DNA of 64,000 bases. Source: Actinomycetota bacterium. GTDB lineage: Bacteria; Actinomycetota; Actinomycetes; Nanopelagicales; Nanopelagicaceae. Position 1 is the first letter of the stretch, and every line of letters begins with the position of its first letter. Location: the NCBI GenBank assembly GCA_947450545.1, contig CANFVU010000002.1:15266-79265 (forward strand). The letters run 5' to 3'. The notes under the pieces are model-generated. The model saw only the letters and a list, made by a program, of their open reading frames with translations, was not told the DNA's origin and searched no databases. The translations under genes and the position numbers were made by a program. Shown one piece after another: positions 8,825 through 15,485 of the stretch.

Positions 8825-9480
8825 CGATCTCCAGCAATCAAACCAGAAAGTTGGTTATATCTATTTGTGATTTCAACTCGTTGATTCTTCTCTTTGTTGC
8901 TTTTAATTCCAAAGATTGCAGCAAGACGAGAGATTGTTTGCTCAACAGATTTTTCACTGACATTACGAGTACTCGCAATTTGCGCATTAGATAATCCTTG
9001 GGCGACAAGTCGCATTGTTTCAATCTGAACATCGGTAAAAGATGCCAATTCAGATTTTCTTGCAGGTTCTGTGTCAACAATTTTTCCGCGCTTCACTGAA
9101 TAATCCAAGGCCTTGTTAACCGCTTTAATTAAAACTTCGACTTTTGAGACATCGCCTTTTTTCATATAAATCGAACCGGCTGGGAGTTGAGGAAGGTTGG
9201 GACGATGAAGTCGTGGATCTTCATACGATGTTAAAAGAACAATTCCAATTCTTGGAAGCACACCACGTAATGCAATTGCTAAATCGATTCCAGTCGGTCC
9301 GCTTCCTAAATTCAAATCAAGGATTGCAATATCCGGACGAATGAGTGATGCGGTCTTCATTGCAAAACTTGCTGATTGGGATTCTGCAACAACATCCATG
9401 TCTTGCATTTGTAATGCGCTAATAACCATAGAGCGCATGAAGCTGTCATCTTCGACAACCATTACTCGGGTTCTAGCCAT
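8821..9480 (-). CDS. Response regulator, NarL/LuxR family
   Basis: It has a REC domain (RVMVVEDDSFM ... ILDLNLG) and a C-terminal LuxR HTH (ETMRLVAQGLSNAQIASTRNVSEKSVEQTISRL). I prefer the start at MARTRV (ATG 9478-9480). The ORF-track start is 9498. Confidence 0.85.
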   Translation of the reverse strand: MARTRVMVVEDDSFMRSMVISALQMQDMDVVAESQSASFAMKTASLIRPDIAILDLNLGSGPTGIDLAIALRGVLPRIGIVLLTSYEDPRLHRPNLPQLPAGSIYMKKGDVSKVEVLIKAVNKALDYSVKRGKIVDTEPARKSELASFTDVQIETMRLVAQGLSNAQIASTRNVSEKSVEQTISRLAAIFGIKSNKEKNQRVEITNRYNQLSGLIAGDR

Positions 9481-9682
9481 AAAGTAATTATGGCGCACTT
9501 ATTTCAGATGTCACTACTCAAGTACTCAAGTCTATTTTGTGTACTAGGGATATCCCTACTCCGCGACTCGGTAATAGGTATGCATACTTGATGAAAAATT
9601 ACGTGCGCAATAAATAAGCGTTGACTACTCCTTGTCCCAGGGAGCGTGCCGCTCCCTATCTTTACAAGTATGGAGTAGCGCA

Positions 9683-12600
9683 ATGTCCAGGAACAAAACA
9701 ACCATGTATAAGTGGAATAAATTCTTAGATGAAAAAATAGACTGGTATCGAAAATTACGAATACCGCGATCGCAAAGGATCGCTTCTACTCTCGTTGGAG
9801 CATTGGTGCTCACGGGAATTGTTGGTGCGCCTAGCGCAATCAGTGCTGCAGAACGTAAGGCTGCAACAACTGCAATCCAATCTACAAAAGTAACAACAAC
9901 AGGTACATCCGGCACGAATGGACCTCTTACAGGCAAGACCTCTGGGACAAAGAAAGTTGTAACAAAGAACGGAACACTTGGACCTGCAACAGGTACGAAG
10001 GCAACAACACAATCAACAGATGTAGTTGTTATTCATTCAACAACAGGATCTGGATCATCAACAAAGACAACAACAAAAGTTGTTGAAGGTCCAGCGGGAG
10101 CTGCAGGAATTCAAGGACCTACAGGACTTCCAGGAATCCCTGGTATCCCCGGCCTTAATGGAACAGACGGGATAACTCCGTCAATTTCTGTCGGAACAGT
10201 TACAACAGGAAGTACTCCTGCAGTTGTTAAAGATGCGAAGTCAACACAAACAAATGCAATTTTGAATTTCGTATTACCTGAACCAGTTGCATCAAGTGGT
10301 GGAAGTGGTGGCGGAGGCGCAGGAACACCAGGTGCTCCAGGTGCTCCAGGTGCTCCCGGTGCTCCCGGTGCTCCCGGTGCAAAGGGAGACACTGGTGCGC
10401 AAGGTCCTCAAGGGGACAAGGGCGACAAGGGCGACAAGGGTGATACCGGTGCACAAGGCGAGCAAGGAATTCAAGGTATCCAAGGAAATCAAGGCGTGAA
10501 AGGTGACACCGGATCACAAGGTGCGCAGGGAATTCAAGGTGAACGCGGTTTGCAAGGCGACCAAGGAATTCAAGGTGTCAAAGGTGATACGGGATCACAA
10601 GGTGCGCAGGGAATTCAAGGTGTGAAGGGTGATAAAGGTGATACCGGATTAACTCCTTACATCACCATAGGAACCGTTCAGACTGGAGTTGCAGGAACAA
10701 ATGCAACGGTAACTGTCACTGGAACAACTGATGCGCCGATATTTAATTTCGTCATTCCTCGTGGAGCTGATGGAACGAATGGCACGAATGGTTCGGGAGG
10801 TGGTGGCATCGAGTTCTATAGTGGAAACGGATATCCATCAACTGGAACAAGTGCCGCTGCGAATATTGGTGATCTGTATTTGAGAACTGTTTCAAATCAA
10901 CAGCTTTACCAGTGTAAAACAACCACTTGCGCGACTGCTACTTCGCTATCAACTTCTGGCTTACACGGTTGGACTTTGATTACAACACTCGGAGGAAGTG
11001 GAAACTTCCGTAATTTCGATAATTACGGCGGATCACACTTCGATTCAGGAGATTCAAGCGCACAAGTACTTTCTTGTTCTAACAATCAACAGGTGGTTGG
11101 GTTAGCACTTGATAGCAATGGAGTGATGTCGGTTCGTTGTTCTTCATCGGGTTCTAGCAGCTACAGCTATAACAGTGGAGAAAACGGTAGCAATGGAAAT
11201 AGCTACGGAAATAGCAATAACTCATCAAACACCACGAGCTCGAATACTGTTTCTACAGCTTCGACTTTGGCATCAACTTCTCCAAGTGCTGTGACTGGAT
11301 TTGGAGCTCTTACGTGTGACGCGGGAACGAAGTTCTCATCGATTGCAGTCGATGCGAATGGAATTCTTTCGGTTGTTTGTGTGGCTGAGACTGTTCCAGT
11401 TCCTACGATTCAAGTAGTAAGTAACCCTGTCATCCAGACCACATCGAAGACAGAGATTGTCACTCCTGTTATTTCAGTGAACACTGTTGTTGATACAAGT
11501 ACGGTTACATCTGATTCCTCGACTGTAACTGTTTATGACACTCATACAGTGACTACGTATGGACCTCCACAAACACTCACAACGATCACAAACACAATGT
11601 TGATCCCGGGCCCACAAGGTGCTCAAGGATTAGCTGGTGCTACTGGTCCAAAGGGCGATCCTGGTGCAACCGGTCCTCAAGGACTTCAAGGTTTGCAAGG
11701 ACTTCAAGGAATTCAAGGCATCCAAGGTGCTACTGGTGCTGCTGGTAAAGATGGAACTAACGGCACTAACGGAGTTGATGGCAAAAGTATGTTGAGTGGG
11801 GCCAGAGCTCCGTATTCCAGTGATGGAAACATAGGAGACTTCTGGGTAAATACATCCACTGACATGTTGTATGGACCAAAGACATCAAGTGGCTGGGGTA
11901 CCGCCCAATTCAGCATGGTTGGAACACCAGGTGCAACTGGTCGCAGTTTGCTCAGCGGTTCACGTGTTCCTGGAGTCAATGACGGAAACGTTGGTGATTT
12001 CTGGGTAAATACAACAACCTGGTTGTTGTACGGACCAAAGGCATCAAATAACTCTTGGCCAACAGGTGTAACAATGGTTGGAAGTGCTGGTGCTACAGGT
12101 GCAACTGGAGCGAAGGGTGACACCGGAGCATCGGGTGCAACCGGTCCTGCTGGTGCAGATGGAAACACAATTCTGTCTGGTACTTCATCACCAAGCAGAA
12201 CTCTTGGTGCAGTCGGCGACTATTACATCAATACAAACACCAACATGATCTATGGACCAAAGACATCAAGTGGATGGCCTTCAAGTGGAACATCTCTTGT
12301 TGGTACTGCTGGCGCGCAAGGTGCTCAGGGATTGCAAGGTATCCAAGGAGTTGCAGGACCAACAGGTCCTACCGGTGCAACTGGAGCAACAGGACGAAGT
12401 GTTCTTAATGGAACAGGTCCGCAATCATCTGATGGAAACGTTGGTGATTTCTATATCAACACATCTACCAACAAGATCTACGGGCCAAAGACTTCGAGTG
12501 GATGGCCATCAACCGGTCTTTCAATGGTGGGAGTTGCTGGAGCTACAGGTTCTGCGGGTGCAGATGGAAACTCTGTTCTCTCTGGGACCTCGAATCCAAC

Positions 12601-13243
12601 ATCAAACGTTGGTAGCCAAGGTGACTTCTACTTCAACACCGCCAACTCAACAATGTGGGGACCAAAAGGTGCAACAAGTTGGCCTGCAGCAGGTGTAAGT
12701 CTTATTGGTGCAACTGGCGCAAAGGGTGACACCGGAGCCGCTGGTGCTGCTGGTGCTGCTGGCGTTGCTGGAGCTACAGGTGCAACTGGACCTGCTGGTA
12801 AGAGCACGCTGAATGGAACATCAGGCCCAACATCTGCTGATGGAAACGTTGGTGATTTCTTCATCAATACATCTACAAACAAGATCTATGGACCTAAGAC
12901 TGCTGGTGGATGGCCTTCAACAGGAATCTCAATGGTGGGCACCGCTGGTGTCACAACCATTGGCACAGGTACTTGTGGAGCTGGACAATTGATGAATGGA
13001 ATTTCTCTCACCGGAACATCGCTCAGCGTTCAATGCCAAACTGTTTCACAAGTAAAAATCAACGGCGTCAGCTATTTGAAGACTCAAGGCGCTTCTGACG
13101 CAGCACTCGGTGCAGTTCCAAATACCCCAATCTTCCAGGGCTACATGGAGATGAATCTCTGTGTATCCAAGAAGGGCACAATCACCATCGGAGTTTGTGC
13201 AAAGGGCACCAAGAAATTGACCGTATTCGCAAAGACAAACTAG
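9683..13243 (+). CDS. Secreted modular collagen-like repeat protein (about 1,186 aa)
   Basis: ATG at 9683 has GGAG 8 nt upstream; the track ORF opens at 9632. The signal/TM segment is IASTLVGALVLTGIVGAPSAISA. There are three long Gly-X-Y tracts (ORF aa 153-180, 223-339 and 660-717) plus five shorter interspersed ones. Two small beta-type domains follow the first two tracts. Six tandem GDF(Y/W)xNT...YGPK...GWP modules are present. No LPXTG or lipobox is seen. Confidence 0.85.
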   Translation: MSRNKTTMYKWNKFLDEKIDWYRKLRIPRSQRIASTLVGALVLTGIVGAPSAISAAERKAATTAIQSTKVTTTGTSGTNGPLTGKTSGTKKVVTKNGTLGPATGTKATTQSTDVVVIHSTTGSGSSTKTTTKVVEGPAGAAGIQGPTGLPGIPGIPGLNGTDGITPSISVGTVTTGSTPAVVKDAKSTQTNAILNFVLPEPVASSGGSGGGGAGTPGAPGAPGAPGAPGAPGAKGDTGAQGPQGDKGDKGDKGDTGAQGEQGIQGIQGNQGVKGDTGSQGAQGIQGERGLQGDQGIQGVKGDTGSQGAQGIQGVKGDKGDTGLTPYITIGTVQTGVAGTNATVTVTGTTDAPIFNFVIPRGADGTNGTNGSGGGGIEFYSGNGYPSTGTSAAANIGDLYLRTVSNQQLYQCKTTTCATATSLSTSGLHGWTLITTLGGSGNFRNFDNYGGSHFDSGDSSAQVLSCSNNQQVVGLALDSNGVMSVRCSSSGSSSYSYNSGENGSNGNSYGNSNNSSNTTSSNTVSTASTLASTSPSAVTGFGALTCDAGTKFSSIAVDANGILSVVCVAETVPVPTIQVVSNPVIQTTSKTEIVTPVISVNTVVDTSTVTSDSSTVTVYDTHTVTTYGPPQTLTTITNTMLIPGPQGAQGLAGATGPKGDPGATGPQGLQGLQGLQGIQGIQGATGAAGKDGTNGTNGVDGKSMLSGARAPYSSDGNIGDFWVNTSTDMLYGPKTSSGWGTAQFSMVGTPGATGRSLLSGSRVPGVNDGNVGDFWVNTTTWLLYGPKASNNSWPTGVTMVGSAGATGATGAKGDTGASGATGPAGADGNTILSGTSSPSRTLGAVGDYYINTNTNMIYGPKTSSGWPSSGTSLVGTAGAQGAQGLQGIQGVAGPTGPTGATGATGRSVLNGTGPQSSDGNVGDFYINTSTNKIYGPKTSSGWPSTGLSMVGVAGATGSAGADGNSVLSGTSNPTSNVGSQGDFYFNTANSTMWGPKGATSWPAAGVSLIGATGAKGDTGAAGAAGAAGVAGATGATGPAGKSTLNGTSGPTSADGNVGDFFINTSTNKIYGPKTAGGWPSTGISMVGTAGVTTIGTGTCGAGQLMNGISLTGTSLSVQCQTVSQVKINGVSYLKTQGASDAALGAVPNTPIFQGYMEMNLCVSKKGTITIGVCAKGTKKLTVFAKTN
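10328..10444 (+). repeat. In-frame 9-bp tandem repeats inside the collagen-like gene
   Basis: CCAGGTGCT/CCCGGTGCT occurs five times, followed by a sixth, variant unit CCCGGTGCA (10328-10381, encoding PGAPGAPGAPGAPGAPGA). GACAAGGG(C/T) occurs three times (about 10412-10444, encoding GDKGDKGDK). A further imperfect ~81-bp duplication gives GDTGSQGAQGIQG twice. Confidence 0.9.
11783..12949 (+). repeat. Six tandem ~46-aa protein modules separated by short Gly-X-Y linkers
   Basis: The module pattern is S(V/L/I)L(S/N)G...P....G..GD(F/Y)(W/Y/F)(V/I/F)NT.T...(Y/W)GPK....(W)P..G.S(M/L)(V/I)G. It occurs at ORF aa 718-764, 771-817, 846-891, 922-967, 980-1026 and 1057-1104. Modules 4 and 6 are nearly identical at the DNA level. 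Confidence 0.9.
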
Positions 13244-13268
13244 TCTGACAAAAGGTAAGGAGGAAGCT

Positions 13269-14150
13269 ATGGCAACAGAAAAGAAAGCAGCTGTGAAGAA
13301 AACGGCTGTCAAGAAGGCTCCGGTTAAAAAAGCGGCTGTCAAAAAGACCGTTGCAAAGAAAGCGGTAGCTAAGAAAGCAACTGTTAAGAAGGTTGCATCG
13401 ACAACGACGACATCGGTCACGACCGACAAGTTTGCCTTTCCTCTTTCATTTGAGGAGGAGCTAGCGAAACCCTTCATTCCAGCTGGAATAAAGCCAGAAC
13501 CAATGACAGGCAAAGTCATTCCTCGATCTTTTGTGGGACAACTTGAAAGTGCACAATTTGGAAAGATTGAAGATAACCGCAAGAAGACAACACAACGTTT
13601 TGGAAAGCTTGGATTAATCTTCGCTTTTGTTGCGACCGCAGTTTTGTCTGCAGGCATCACATTCTTTATTACCAAGCCAGCACCTATTCAGTTCTCTGCG
13701 CAGACCACCGAACAAGCAAAAATTTCTGGTGGTGTTCTGCTGACTGAAGTAGAACTCAAAGCTGCTGTTAAGAAATTGAAGCGCACCGTCTTCTGGTCAG
13801 GTCCAATCAAGGATGCTAAATACACCTTGAACGCCAGCGACCTCAAGCAGATCTATGTTCGCTACCTTCCAAAAGGCAAAGGCCTTGAGGATGTCAAGCG
13901 TAATTACCGTGTTATTGCTACCTACGTTGTGCCCGGCGCTTTTGCCTCGACAGCGGCGGCTGGCAATCAATCAAATGGAGTAACGCTTTCACGAGCCGAT
14001 GGAGCTGTCGTTTATTACAACAAGCTTGAGCCAACTAACGTTTATCTTGCTCAGAAAGATTCTGACTTCCAGATCGAAGTTTTCGATCCAGATCCAACGA
14101 CTTCTCTCCAACTCGCCACTACGCTTAAGACCGTTATTCCGGTTCTGTAG
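13269..14150 (+). CDS. Single-pass membrane protein with N-terminal lysine/alanine-rich (histone H1/HU-tail-like) repeats
   Basis: 293 aa, with a strong SD (AAGGAGGA, 13256-13263). The N-terminus is ATEKKAAVKKTAVKKAPVKKAAVKKTVAKKAVAKKATVKKVAS. The TM segment is LGLIFAFVATAVLSAGITFFIT (aa ~113-135). A C-terminal ~155-aa extracytoplasmic domain follows. Confidence 0.75.
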   Translation: MATEKKAAVKKTAVKKAPVKKAAVKKTVAKKAVAKKATVKKVASTTTTSVTTDKFAFPLSFEEELAKPFIPAGIKPEPMTGKVIPRSFVGQLESAQFGKIEDNRKKTTQRFGKLGLIFAFVATAVLSAGITFFITKPAPIQFSAQTTEQAKISGGVLLTEVELKAAVKKLKRTVFWSGPIKDAKYTLNASDLKQIYVRYLPKGKGLEDVKRNYRVIATYVVPGAFASTAAAGNQSNGVTLSRADGAVVYYNKLEPTNVYLAQKDSDFQIEVFDPDPTTSLQLATTLKTVIPVL

Positions 14151-14181
14151 CCCGTACTCGGTAAATAAGGGATGAAAATTT

Positions 14182-14958
14182 ATGGCTTCCAACAATGATC
14201 TGATTGCAGCGCAAGTTCTTGCTGAGCAATTGACCAACTGGGCAATTCAATCTGACGTCACTGATGATCCCTACGTTCTAGGGCTCTTGAACGCAGTGGA
14301 AACTCGCAAAGGCCTGGATATGTGGTCGACTCTCGATCCCTTCGAGATGCTCCCCCATCCTGAAGGACGTGCAGGTGTACGTGAACTTCGATGGGGACAC
14401 ATCATCGCGATCTTGCGAAACATTCTTGTCTTCGTTCCCGTTGCTCTCACCTGGGAAGCAGTAAGCCAAGCAACAAAAGCTTTCTCAACATTCGTTGAAC
14501 TCAACGGGGCCACAACAGTGAATTTCCTCGAGTTCTGGCAGAACGGTTACAAAATTCTTCCTTCGTTCTGGCAGATCGCCAATATTGCTCAAGTCGACTT
14601 CTTCATCATCCTTGCCGTAATTGTTATGTCTCTCGTTGCTTCAGGAATGAATGAGCGCGGAAATAGAGCACACGATAAAGAGGTCGAATTCCTTGAAAAG
14701 GATCGCATCCGCCTCGGCATTTTGATTATGGAATACCTCTTTACTAAGGGGCGTATCACTCCAGCAAATATCAATACCAAACTTGCCTCATCCATTCGCA
14801 ATCTCATCGCTGCATCTGGATCTCTTTCTGAAACAACCCGCCGAATTGAACGCACGAACAAAACGCTCTTCTCTCAAAAAGGTGTTCGTAAGGAAATCAA
14901 AAAGCTTTATGCAGAGGGCGAAAGTAAAGCTCTCGAATATCGAGAGAAAAACGAATAA
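14182..14958 (+). CDS. Two-TM membrane protein with charged/coiled-coil C-terminal region, unknown function
   Basis: 258 aa. The predicted TMs are IIAILRNILVFVPVALTW and VDFFIILAVIVMSLVASGM. The C-terminal ~100 aa are rich in K/E/R heptad-like sequence. It lies 31 nt after the previous gene and 5 nt before the next. Confidence 0.7.
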   Translation: MASNNDLIAAQVLAEQLTNWAIQSDVTDDPYVLGLLNAVETRKGLDMWSTLDPFEMLPHPEGRAGVRELRWGHIIAILRNILVFVPVALTWEAVSQATKAFSTFVELNGATTVNFLEFWQNGYKILPSFWQIANIAQVDFFIILAVIVMSLVASGMNERGNRAHDKEVEFLEKDRIRLGILIMEYLFTKGRITPANINTKLASSIRNLIAASGSLSETTRRIERTNKTLFSQKGVRKEIKKLYAEGESKALEYREKNE

Positions 14959-14963
14959 CCAAA

Positions 14964-15485
14964 ATGCGCCGTCGCCCCGCCACCCGTCCTCAAGAGGACA
15001 CAACCGCCCAAGCAGGTTGGATGTATGCCGACTTGTTCTTGGCGCTCATGGTAGTTTTTTTGGCGACAATCTCATTCGTGCCAACATTTAATGGCAATCA
15101 AAATCTCTTACAAAAACAGGATCAGCTCGGCGCAACCGAATTTACCTATTCTCAGATCTATAACAAGCATCTCGATATTCTTTATGACAACTTCGATTCT
15201 GCGCTGATTAAGCAAGATGTAGACCAATTCATTGCACGCGAAAAGTTGCCATCCACAACCGATGTCGTTTTCGCTCAAGTTATTGGCGGATATGACTCTC
15301 GCACAGAACAGCCAACAACGGCGATTTCAAGGGCTGTGGCCTTCTCAAATCGTCTCGATAAAGAGTTGCCTGAACTACTCAAGCACTCAGCCTCGACTAT
15401 GAGTTCGAGCAAGACAATTGACCCTAATCAAATCGTTCTGCGTCTGACTTTCGCCCAAAAAGTGGTCGTCAGCAAGAACCGATAA
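14964..15485 (+). CDS. MotB/OmpA-like membrane protein (stator-type TM segment with conserved Asp)
   Basis: 173 aa. A basic N-terminus is followed by AGWMYADLFLALMVVFLATISF, which matches the MotB-type TM segment (E. coli MotB [20 protein letters not shown]). This includes the Asp (D23, nt 15030-15032). The C-terminus has weak OmpA-like traces (AISRAVAFSNRL, NQIVLRLTF). Confidence 0.5.
   Translation: MRRRPATRPQEDTTAQAGWMYADLFLALMVVFLATISFVPTFNGNQNLLQKQDQLGATEFTYSQIYNKHLDILYDNFDSALIKQDVDQFIAREKLPSTTDVVFAQVIGGYDSRTEQPTTAISRAVAFSNRLDKELPELLKHSASTMSSSKTIDPNQIVLRLTFAQKVVVSKNR

Noticed and set aside
9515-9530. Tandem 8-mer TACTCAAG-TACTCAAG in the RR / fibre-operon intergenic region as a response-regulator site.
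   Set aside because: About one such 8-bp tandem is expected by chance in 64 kb. It lies only ~35-50 nt upstream of the RR start codon (9480). No third copy or inverted partner was seen.
10111-10517. Several 66-96 aa ORFs on both strands and in alternate frames within the collagen-repeat DNA (for example 10111..10392 -, 10227..10517 -, 10287..10499 +, and also 11713..12168 -, 12252..12698 + and 12628..12882 -).
   Set aside because: These are shadow frames created by the GGN-NNN-NNN periodicity. They translate to low-complexity P/G/A or H/L/R strings, have no RBS, and lie fully inside a far better-supported 1,186-aa gene.
10328-12949. Possibility that the regularly spaced repeats are a CRISPR array or a minisatellite outside genes.
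   Set aside because: Repeat units are 9 bp or ~140-230 bp, all in-frame within one ORF. There are no unique spacers of constant length, no leader and no cas genes in the window.
9683-13243. Prophage or phage-remnant interpretation, because the beta domains after the collagen tracts look tail-fibre-like.
   Set aside because: The window contains no integrase, terminase, capsid, tail-tube, baseplate, holin or lysin genes, and no att-like repeat of tRNA-Lys. The protein has an N-terminal Sec-type signal, which tail fibres lack. A distant phage ancestry of individual domains remains possible.
13046-13675. A 209-aa minus-strand ORF antisense to the end of the fibre gene and the KA-repeat gene.
   Set aside because: Its product is F/L/T-rich, the complement of the Lys/Ala repeat codons. 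It is an artefact of the repeats. The plus-strand genes have strong SDs and sensible domain structure.
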